31,009 nt of DNA from positions 1-31,009 of the forward strand of contig CAZAIZ010000001.1 of the NCBI GenBank assembly GCA_964485275.1, given 5' to 3'. The stretch is from an uncultured Pedosphaera sp. (lineage in GTDB: Bacteria; Verrucomicrobiota; Verrucomicrobiia; Limisphaerales; UBA1100). This document shows positions 1-7,208 of the stretch, in pieces. The stretch's first letter is position 1. Every line of letters begins with the position of its first letter. The notes under the pieces are model-generated. The model was given only the letters and a program-made list of their open reading frames with translations, ran no database searches and was not told where the DNA came from. The translations under genes were made by a program, and so were the position numbers.

Positions 1-87
1 GCAGCAACAGACGACGCAGCAACAGACGACGCAGCAACAGACGACGCAGCAACAGACAACGCAGCAACAGACAACGCAGCAACAGAC
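1..87 (+). repeat. 15-bp tandem repeat GCAGCAACAGAC(G/A)AC, ~5.8 visible copies, encoding (QQQTT)n; truncated by window start
   Basis: Units read directly at 1-15, 16-30, 31-45, 46-60, 61-75 and a partial unit at 76-87; in frame with the ORF ending at 322. Confidence 0.95.
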
Positions 88-322
88 CAATCAGCCGCCA
101 ACCATGCGTCCGAATAGATTTCCTGCGCGGCCTCAGCAGCAGCAAGTGGGTACTCGTATTCAAGGTCGCGGCTCAGCCATTTTCCTAAGAAGACATCTTA
201 ATCCTAAGACCGGCAAGGTTGAGGTTATTCAAAATGGAGTGATTAGCCGTAGTGGATATCTAAATCTTCCGGGCAATAAACTGAATCGCCGCCAAGCCCT
301 GCGCAATTACCGTTACCGATGA
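2..322 (+). CDS. 5'-truncated hypothetical protein: Gln/Thr-rich linker plus basic C-terminal module shared with the next gene
   Basis: Frame is open from base 2 (QQQTT repeats) through the track ORF 104..322. C-terminus LRR..N..G.VE...G.LNL...RRQALRNYR matches ORF 319..1017. Confidence 0.75.
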   Translation, partial: QQQTTQQQTTQQQTTQQQTTQQQTTQQQTNQPPTMRPNRFPARPQQQQVGTRIQGRGSAIFLRRHLNPKTGKVEVIQNGVISRSGYLNLPGNKLNRRQALRNYRYR

Positions 323-1017
323 ATAAAATACGGGCCATCCTGATTTTGGCGTTTTACCTGGGAGAGCTATGTACGCACGCCCAGCAACAACCAACCCCGA
401 CAAATCTAAGCGGTCACGCGCGGCATTTACGGGTGGCCACCAACATCAACAAGACCTTCATTGGAACAGTGACTGGCGCTACTAGTGGTGGAACCGTCTG
501 GGGAACGGACATCTATACAGATGATTCCCATGTGGGAATGGCCGCGGTTCATGCCGGAATGGTAAACGTGGGACAAACAAAGCAGGTCGTAATCACTATT
601 CTAGCGGGTCAAAGTACCTACCAAGGATCTTCCAGAAATGGAATTGTCTCTTCTAGTTATTCTACCTGGAGTGGAAGTTATTCCTTTGTTGGTGGCGGGC
701 AGCAGACTCAGAACCAGACTCAGAACCAGACTCAGACTCAGACTCAGAACCAGACTCAGAACCCACCACGGCAGCAAAATCAGTCTATGTTCCCGGGGCC
801 ACAGCAGCAGAGTGCCGGCATAGGCAGCCGGATCCAGATGGGTAACCGGGGGCAGACAGGCAGATCAACCCTCATTCTGCGAAGGCGTTACAATGCGCGT
901 CGTGGGCGGGTGGAAATCGTCAAGTACGGTATTTTCAGCCAAACCGGCTTCCTGAATCTACAAAACTCCAGTCTCCAAACCCGCCGCCAAGCCCTGCGCA
1001 ATTACCGCAGCCGGTAA
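319..1017 (+). CDS. Secreted LCCL-domain protein with QTQN linker and basic C-terminal module
   Basis: Signal-peptide-like N-terminus (MNKIRAILILAFYLGELCTHA); LCCL signature VWGTDIYTDDS..AAVHAG..Y.GS.RNG..S..Y..W.GS; ATGA overlap with the upstream stop. Confidence 0.85.
   Translation: MNKIRAILILAFYLGELCTHAQQQPTPTNLSGHARHLRVATNINKTFIGTVTGATSGGTVWGTDIYTDDSHVGMAAVHAGMVNVGQTKQVVITILAGQSTYQGSSRNGIVSSSYSTWSGSYSFVGGGQQTQNQTQNQTQTQTQNQTQNPPRQQNQSMFPGPQQQSAGIGSRIQMGNRGQTGRSTLILRRRYNARRGRVEIVKYGIFSQTGFLNLQNSSLQTRRQALRNYRSR
703..762 (+). repeat. CAGACTCAGAAC / CAGACT tandem repeat encoding a QTQN/QT linker
   Basis: Read directly from the sequence. Confidence 0.9.
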
Positions 1018-1112
1018 ACTTTAATCCATCAGGCACCTAATTCTGCGTTTCTTCACAGTGGTCAACTAAAGTGGGTTGCCTATGGCCAGTAACCTAAGGC
1101 AGAATTCTCTTC

Positions 1113-1613
1113 ATGCTGCTGCATTTCACCCGGGATGGACAGGCCTTCGGTCCTTACCCCATTGAAGAGGCACGCGAATACCTCAAGCGTGGGGAGATTC
1201 TACCCACTGACCAGGCCTGGTATGAGGGATGCGCCAACTGGATGCCGGTAACACAGGTGCCGGGCATGATTGGGGCACCCGGTGCCGATGCGCCGCCCCC
1301 TCCACCCCCTCCTCCGCCACCCCCCCCTTCGGCGGTTCCGGCGGCCCCGGTGGTGTTGGCCACCTACAACAGTACCAATATTAAGTTTAATAAAAAATTT
1401 ATTGAGACGGAGCTCGGGCGGTTTATGAAACTTAATCCCGATGGCTTTACTGAGCAGCTCTTCATGCGGACGCGCAATGGGGATTTTCTTTTGTATCGCA
1501 TTGCCAAGACCGAGGGGGATCACTGTATCCTGCAGGTGGATGTGGACGGGGTGCGTAAGGATAAACGGATGGATTATTTTAATATTACAGAGATTGAAGT
1601 ACGTCAGCGCTAG
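1113..1613 (+). CDS. GYF_2 (DUF4339) domain protein with 12-Pro linker and unassigned C-terminal domain
   Basis: N-terminal DGQAFGPY..EE....L..G.I...D.AW.EG..NW.P pattern is typical of GYF_2; Pro12 at 1293-1328. Confidence 0.8.
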   Translation: MLLHFTRDGQAFGPYPIEEAREYLKRGEILPTDQAWYEGCANWMPVTQVPGMIGAPGADAPPPPPPPPPPPPSAVPAAPVVLATYNSTNIKFNKKFIETELGRFMKLNPDGFTEQLFMRTRNGDFLLYRIAKTEGDHCILQVDVDGVRKDKRMDYFNITEIEVRQR

Positions 1614-2094
1614 TCTTGGGCTTCTGGCTCTATCTTTGTTGACCGGTTGTGTTGCCTCAACCGAGGTTTATACCGCCTCCTATTCACAGCAGGAGTTGAC
1701 CCGGTATCAGGACCTGGCAGATGAGGTGCATGAAAGGGTGAATGTCTACCGGATGACTCTAGGGCTAAACAAGCTGCGGTTGGACCCACGAATTAGTCAG
1801 GTGGCTCAAAGGTACAGTAATAAAATGGCACGCACCGAAAGCTTCAGCCACGTTGGATATAAAAGACGGGCTAGGGCGGTTGGCCGATTTCTTCCCTACC
1901 GGACCGTCTCGGAAAATCTGGCACGAAACTGGGGTCACACAGATCCCGTAGTCATAGCCGTGAATTCCTGGCTTAACAGTTCCTCTCACCGTGGAGCCAT
2001 TGAGGATGGCCGGTATTTGAAGACAGGCATCGGGGTGGCCAAGTCCTCAAAGGGCAGATATTACTTTACCCAGATTTTTGTGCTACCTCGCTAG
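1594..2094 (+). CDS. CAP/SCP-domain lipoprotein
   Basis: CAP motifs: VN.YR..GL..L, FSH, VSENLA, WLNSSSHR.AI, TGIGV, YYFTQIF. TTG at 1594 gives a signal peptide with lipobox LLTG-C; the track start at 1441 is probably too long. Confidence 0.8.
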   Translation: MKYVSASLGLLALSLLTGCVASTEVYTASYSQQELTRYQDLADEVHERVNVYRMTLGLNKLRLDPRISQVAQRYSNKMARTESFSHVGYKRRARAVGRFLPYRTVSENLARNWGHTDPVVIAVNSWLNSSSHRGAIEDGRYLKTGIGVAKSSKGRYYFTQIFVLPR

Positions 2095-3096
2095 GGTTTT
2101 AATAAGCTTTCTATGCGAAGCGGTGATGGGGAGTTTAATTAAGTCCGAGGAATTGCACCATTTGCCCTTTGGTTCCCTGTCCTTTGGCCTTAGCGCGTAG
2201 GCATTGAGCCTGATTCGGTACCGGGTGATGTTATGGCGCACAGTGGCAATGGCCTGCGCATTTTTTGGCAGGTCGAGGTCTGGACCAGTTTCATTGTTGG
2301 GCAGTTCCCAGAAGCCGGCGTTGGTAAAACCCTCGGGGCGTTGCTGCAAGAGCATTTGTCCATTGCGCGACAGGACGTACACTTCGATTTTCTTTTCCTC
2401 GTATTGGGTTGATTTTCCCTTGGCAGGAATGAGGTGGGTGATCTTTTCACGTTTGGCGGTACAGCTGCGGGCCACGGGGCAATTCCCGCATTCGGGATGG
2501 CCGCGGTGACAGACCATGGCCCCCAGTTCCATGAGCGACTGGTTGATTGACGAGCAGTTTTTAGTCGCACTTACCAGTAATTGAGCCAGTTCCCAAAGTT
2601 TCTCCCGTGTTTTTTTGTCCTCGGGGCTTTGCCGGATGCCAAAAATTCGGGTGAGGATACGGACAATGTTTCCATCAACAATGGGTTCGGGTCGGCCAAA
2701 GGCAATGCTACTGATGGCACCAGCAGTGTAGCGGCCAACACCGGGAAGTTTACTGATTTTTTCGGGCTCGTTCGGGAAAACCCCGCCGTGTTCAGCCATG
2801 ATCCTTTGAGCGGCAGTCTGCAGGTTGCGTGCGCGCGAGTAGTAACCCAGACCCTCCCAGAGCTTGAGGATGCGCTCGGGCTTGGCCCGGGCAAGTTTCT
2901 GGAGCGTTGGCAGGGCACGCATCCAGCGTTCCCAATAGGCGATGACCGTGGTCACCTGGGTTTGCTGCAACATGACTTCTGAAACCCAGATGGCATAGGG
3001 GTCTGAGGTATGTCGCCAGGGTAGGTCACGGGCATGGGCCTGGTACCAATCCAGCAGTTTGGGAACCAGACGACGGGTTTTACGGCGGTGGGGCAC
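2083..3096 (-). CDS. mutY: A/G-specific adenine glycosylase MutY
   Basis: RDLPWR, WVSEVMLQQT, WEGLGYYSRARNL, HhH LPGVGRYTA, VDGN, 4Fe-4S motif C-x6-C-x2-C-x5-C, NUDIX-like C-terminus. Confidence 0.95.
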   Translation of the reverse strand: MPHRRKTRRLVPKLLDWYQAHARDLPWRHTSDPYAIWVSEVMLQQTQVTTVIAYWERWMRALPTLQKLARAKPERILKLWEGLGYYSRARNLQTAAQRIMAEHGGVFPNEPEKISKLPGVGRYTAGAISSIAFGRPEPIVDGNIVRILTRIFGIRQSPEDKKTREKLWELAQLLVSATKNCSSINQSLMELGAMVCHRGHPECGNCPVARSCTAKREKITHLIPAKGKSTQYEEKKIEVYVLSRNGQMLLQQRPEGFTNAGFWELPNNETGPDLDLPKNAQAIATVRHNITRYRIRLNAYALRPKDREPKGKWCNSSDLIKLPITASHRKLIKTLAR

Positions 3097-3179
3097 GGAC
3101 AGGGAACCTCAGGGCACAAACCCTGCCTTGTCAAAGCGTTTTACGTTTGCGCAGCAGGCCTGCTGGTGTACAGAAAGGC

Positions 3180-3950
3180 ATGCAATTGATTTCCAAAATA
3201 GTAGTCGTGGCAGTGTTATGCATTGCAGGGGCGAGGGCTGGAGCCGCGGAGTGGGTTTCGATCTTTAACGGGAAGGATTTGAAAGGCTGGACACCCAAGA
3301 TAAAGGGTCAAAAGGTCGGTGAAAACTTCAAGAACACTTTTCGCGTGGAGAACGGCCTGTTGAAGGTGGGTTACTCAGGCTACAAGGCGTTCGCAGAGCA
3401 ATTCGGCCATATCTTTTACAAAGCAAAAGTGTCACATTACCGCGTGGCAGTCGAATACCGGTTTGTTGGGGAGCAGCTAACCGGTGGCCCAGGGTGGGCC
3501 TGGCGCAATAGCGGTATCATGCTGCATTGTCAGGATCCCAAGACGATGCGAGTGGACCAGGATTTTCCCGTCTCAATCGAAGTGCAGTTGCTGGGCGGCA
3601 AGGAGAAGGGCAAGCGCACCACAGCCAACCTTTGTACGCCCGGAACCAACGTGGTGATGGATGGGGAGTTGCAGACCCGGCATTGTTTCAGCAGTAAATC
3701 CAAAACCTTTCGGGGAGATCAGTGGGTGAGGGTGGAGGTTGAAGTTCGTGGAGGTGAAGTGATTAAACATTTCGTCAATGGAATGGAGGTGATGAGTTAC
3801 TCCAAGCCTCAATATGATCCGCGCGATGAAGATGCCAAGAAACTTGTTGAGGAAGGCAATCTGTCGCTGAAAGAAGGTTACATCTCCCTGCAGTCCGAAA
3901 GTCATCCGGTGGAATACCGGAAAGTGGAGTTGATGCTGCTGAAAAAATAA
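3180..3950 (+). CDS. Secreted DUF1080 (3-keto-disaccharide hydrolase-like) protein
   Basis: IFNGKDLKGW, FRVENG, NSGIMLH, EVQLL, GYISLQSE..PVEYR motifs; signal peptide; ATG 3180 follows AGAAAGG. Confidence 0.9.
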   Translation: MQLISKIVVVAVLCIAGARAGAAEWVSIFNGKDLKGWTPKIKGQKVGENFKNTFRVENGLLKVGYSGYKAFAEQFGHIFYKAKVSHYRVAVEYRFVGEQLTGGPGWAWRNSGIMLHCQDPKTMRVDQDFPVSIEVQLLGGKEKGKRTTANLCTPGTNVVMDGELQTRHCFSSKSKTFRGDQWVRVEVEVRGGEVIKHFVNGMEVMSYSKPQYDPRDEDAKKLVEEGNLSLKEGYISLQSESHPVEYRKVELMLLKK

Positions 3951-4924
3951 TGGCGGAAAAAACGCTTACTTCCTATACCTGCAAGCTGACCGAGGAGCAG
4001 GCGGCTCAACTTGAGGCGTATCTTTTGGGGCATGATTTCGAAATGCGTGGAATTCCCCACACTCGGTTTGCAGGGCATCGTGATAAATTAAACGTTAATT
4101 ATTATACAAGCGGCAAACTCTTGGTGCAGGGAAAGGGGACACAAGAGTTTGTTGAGTTTGTTCTGGAACCGGAAATACTAAAAGAGGCGCGTCTGGGGTA
4201 TGAGGCAGAGATTAACCCGGACTTTATTCGCCCGCGTCTGGGGGTGGATGAATCGGGGAAAGGGGATTTCTTTGGGCCATTGGTGGTGGCCGCAGTTTAT
4301 GTGAATGAATCAGTGGTGAGACATTGGCAGGAAGAGGGAATCAAGGATTCCAAAAGGGTGACCAGCGACAAGCGGATTGGCGAGTTGGCAAAGATCATTC
4401 GTGCAACTCCCGGATGCATCTGGAGTGTGGTTCCCATTGGCCCGGAGACCTACAACCGGATGCACGGTAAGATGCGCACAGTAAATAAGATTCTTGCCTG
4501 GGGTCATGCCCGGGTTATTGAAAACCTGCTCGAGCGGCGTTCGGAAATGAATCCTGCTCCTGAGCGGGCCATCAGTGACCAATTCGCTCGAAGCAAGTCC
4601 ACTGTTGCTGATGCATTGATGGAATTAGGTCGTGATTTGGAGCTGATTCAGCGTCATAAAGCCGAGGAAGATTTGGCTGTAGCCGGTGCCTCCATCCTAG
4701 CACGGGACGTTTTTGTCCGGAAAATGGCTGAATTAAGCCAGAAAACAGGGGTTTTATTGCCTAAAGGCGGAGGAAAACAGGTGGATGAAGTGGCAAAGAA
4801 ACTCGTGAAAACAGGGGATGTAAAGGTATTGAATCAGGTAGCTAAAATGCATTTTCGCAACGCGGCACGTGCCTTAGGGCTCCCAGAATTACCCAGGACT
4901 GATCAAATGTGGCAAAAAAAGTGA
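3950..4924 (+). CDS. rnhC: Ribonuclease HIII
   Basis: N-terminal TBP-like region (YTSGKLLVQGKG), catalytic GVDESGKGDFFGPLVVAAV, DSK, VAGASILAR, KMHF. Confidence 0.92.
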   Translation: MAEKTLTSYTCKLTEEQAAQLEAYLLGHDFEMRGIPHTRFAGHRDKLNVNYYTSGKLLVQGKGTQEFVEFVLEPEILKEARLGYEAEINPDFIRPRLGVDESGKGDFFGPLVVAAVYVNESVVRHWQEEGIKDSKRVTSDKRIGELAKIIRATPGCIWSVVPIGPETYNRMHGKMRTVNKILAWGHARVIENLLERRSEMNPAPERAISDQFARSKSTVADALMELGRDLELIQRHKAEEDLAVAGASILARDVFVRKMAELSQKTGVLLPKGGGKQVDEVAKKLVKTGDVKVLNQVAKMHFRNAARALGLPELPRTDQMWQKK

Positions 4925-4932
4925 AAAAAGTG

Positions 4933-4971
4933 TTGACCAGACAGCGTTAAAGGCTATTTTCCCGCACCCGT
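4933..4971 (+). promoter_or_regulatory. Putative sigma70 promoter of the tRNA-Thr/tuf operon with GC-rich discriminator
   Basis: TTGACC-N16-TATTTT followed by CCCGCACCCGT; near-identical layout at 18361-18399. Confidence 0.6.
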
Positions 4972-5105
4972 CGATTACTCTTTTTTGGATGTTTTTGACG
5001 GAAAAAACGACGAAAATCCAGTCACTTTCTCGAAAAATGAGGGTAAGTGACCATGGGGTTTTATCGTTTTTTATACAATTAGAGAAGAGCTTTTAGACTT
5101 GGTTT

Positions 5106-5181
<76 letters not shown>

Positions 5182-5223
5182 GTTTAAACTAACGACATAA
5201 ACAACATATAATAAAGAAGCGAC

Positions 5224-6432
5224 ATGGCTAAAGAAGAGTTCGTACGAGGTAAACCGCACGTAAATATAGGCACGATTGGCCACGTGGATCACGGTAAGTC
5301 CACCCTCACCGCAGCAATTGTGGAAGTGCAGTCTAAGGATGGCATGGCAACGCCCATTTCATATGCAGACATTACCAAGGGCGGTACGGTGCGTGATGAT
5401 TCAAAGACCGTGACCATTGCTGTGTCGCACGTGGAATACGAAAGCGAGAACCGCCATTACGCACACGTGGACTGTCCGGGACACGCTGACTATGTGAAGA
5501 ATATGATCACCGGCGCCGCCCAGATGGATGGAGCAATTCTGGTGGTGGATGCTTCCAGTGGTCCGATGCCGCAAACCAACGAACACGTACTGCTTGCCAA
5601 GCAGGTGGGAGTGCCGTCGATCGTTGTCTGTTTGAATAAGAGCGACCTGGTGGACGATGCTGAGCTTCTGGACTTGGTGGAGATGGAAGTGCGCGAGCTG
5701 CTCAGTAAGTATGACTTCCCAGGTGACGACACCCCAGTGATACGTGCCAGTGCCACTGGTGCCATGAATGGTGAGGAGAATTGGGTAGGTGCCATCAAGG
5801 AATTGCTCGTTAAATGTGATGAATTTATCCCGGAGCCCGAGCGTGCCGAGGACAAGCCGTTCCTGATGTGTATTGAGGATACCTTTATTATTGAAGGTCG
5901 TGGTCTGGTGGCCACCGGCCGCGTGGAGCGTGGTATCATCAAGAAAATGGACAAGGTTGAGATTGTCGGCATTAAAGACACTGAGGAAACAGTGGCGACG
6001 GATCTTGAAATGTTTCGCAAACTATTGGACGAAGCGCGTGCCGGTGAGAACGTGGGCGTGTTGCTCCGTGGCAAGAAAAAAGGTGAAGTGGAGCGGGGCC
6101 AGGTGTTGGCCAAGCCCGGATCCATCACGCCGCACAAGAAATTTAAGGCCCAGATTTATGTACTTAAAAAGGATGAGGGGGGCCGCCACAAGCCTTTCTT
6201 CTCGGGCTACCGCCCGCAGTTCTTCTTTCGCACCTCTGACATCACCGGCAGCATAAATGCGTTGCGCGATAGTGATGACAAGAATGATGTCGAGATGGCG
6301 ATGCCAGGTGATAACGTGGTGATTAATGTGGAATTACACCAGGCAGTGGCGATGGAAGACGGGCTTACTTTTGCGATCCGCGAAGGTGGCCGAACCATTG
6401 GTTCGGGTCGTGTGATTGAGGTTATGGAATAA
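5224..6432 (+). CDS. tuf: Elongation factor Tu
   Basis: [16 protein letters not shown], NKx[19 protein letters not shown]. Confidence 0.99.
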   Translation: MAKEEFVRGKPHVNIGTIGHVDHGKSTLTAAIVEVQSKDGMATPISYADITKGGTVRDDSKTVTIAVSHVEYESENRHYAHVDCPGHADYVKNMITGAAQMDGAILVVDASSGPMPQTNEHVLLAKQVGVPSIVVCLNKSDLVDDAELLDLVEMEVRELLSKYDFPGDDTPVIRASATGAMNGEENWVGAIKELLVKCDEFIPEPERAEDKPFLMCIEDTFIIEGRGLVATGRVERGIIKKMDKVEIVGIKDTEETVATDLEMFRKLLDEARAGENVGVLLRGKKKGEVERGQVLAKPGSITPHKKFKAQIYVLKKDEGGRHKPFFSGYRPQFFFRTSDITGSINALRDSDDKNDVEMAMPGDNVVINVELHQAVAMEDGLTFAIREGGRTIGSGRVIEVME

Positions 6433-6503
6433 TCACAAGGAACCCTTTTGCTGGCCAGGGGCGACCATGGTCCTCCAGTCGGCACCTGTTTCGGGTTTAT
6501 TGG

Positions 6504-6579
6504 ACGGCGATAGCTCAATTGGTAGAGCAGCGGTCTCCAAAACCGCAGGTTGGGGGTTCGACTCCCTCTCGCCGTGCCA
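6504..6579 (+). tRNA. tRNA-Trp(CCA)
   Basis: Acceptor ACGGCGA/TCGCCGT, anticodon arm GCGGT-CTCCAAA-ACCGC, encoded CCA; 76 nt. Confidence 0.97.
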
Positions 6580-6591
6580 GTCCGGAATGAC

Positions 6592-6679
6592 GGAGGGGTG
6601 GCAGAGTGGTCGAATGCGGCGGTCTTGAAAACCGCTTTGGCGCAAGCCAACGGGGGTTCGAATCCCTCCCCCTCCGCCA
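6592..6679 (+). tRNA. tRNA-Ser(TGA)
   Basis: Acceptor GGAGGGG/CCCCTCC, anticodon arm GCGGT-CTTGAAA-ACCGC, long variable arm TTGGC-GCAA-GCCAA, encoded CCA; 88 nt. Confidence 0.97.
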
Positions 6680-6715
6680 ACAGGGTTTTTTAGATAGTCG
6701 GAGCAATTTGAATTG

Positions 6716-7186
6716 ATGGCAGACGCAAATAAATCTGAAGCAACAGGGAAATCCAATCCGGTGCCGGTCCAAGCAGGCACTTCTGAATCGGCAAAAAGCC
6801 CGGTGACCCAGCCAGAGAATAAAGTTCCTCAAATGGGGGCTGAACAGGCTCCTCCAACCAAAGAATCAGGTGAAACAGCTCCGTCGGAAGGTTTTCCGGT
6901 TTGGGAGGTTTTTTGGTCTGTATTGGTTTTAGTGGTGTTCATTGCCCTGTGGAAGAGCGGCAAGATTACAGCCATCAAGACATACATTCACGAAACACGT
7001 GAACAGCTGCGCAAAGCTACCTGGCCTACCGCCGAAGAATTAAAACAGCACATTGTTGTCGTGCTGCTTTCATCGCTTTTACTGGCGGTTTTCACCGTTG
7101 CCGCGGATTTTGTGGTGCGTGAGATTATTTGGGGCGCACTGCTCAATGGTGACACCGTATTGTTTGATAAAACACCAACTCAATAG
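6716..7186 (+). CDS. secE: Preprotein translocase SecE with N-terminal extension
   Basis: ETREQLRKATWPT motif followed by a TM helix; lies between tRNA-Trp and nusG. Confidence 0.92.
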   Translation: MADANKSEATGKSNPVPVQAGTSESAKSPVTQPENKVPQMGAEQAPPTKESGETAPSEGFPVWEVFWSVLVLVVFIALWKSGKITAIKTYIHETREQLRKATWPTAEELKQHIVVVLLSSLLLAVFTVAADFVVREIIWGALLNGDTVLFDKTPTQ

Positions 7187-7208
7187 ATCGATAGAAGTAA
7201 GCTGAGCG

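Noticed and set aside
1-87. Repeat array as a possible CRISPR
   Set aside because: Units are contiguous with no spacers, are in frame with a CDS, and no cas genes are present.
638-823. Alternative-frame ORF with RTRL repeats
   Set aside because: It is the frame-shifted reading of the QTQN repeat inside the LCCL gene; no independent support.
1039-1106. 8-bp inverted repeat AATTCTGC/GCAGAATT upstream of the GYF_2 gene
   Set aside because: Short arms ~50 nt apart with weak internal pairing; compatible with chance.
1441-1593. Long N-terminus of the CAP ORF given by the track
   Set aside because: Overlaps the upstream gene extensively; TTG at 1594 gives a clean lipoprotein signal peptide.
5490-6832. 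Antisense and alternative ORFs over tuf and the tRNAs (5490..6137, 6207..6680, 6433..6780, 6515..6832)
   Set aside because: Shadows of a highly conserved gene and of tRNA genes; no recognisable motifs.
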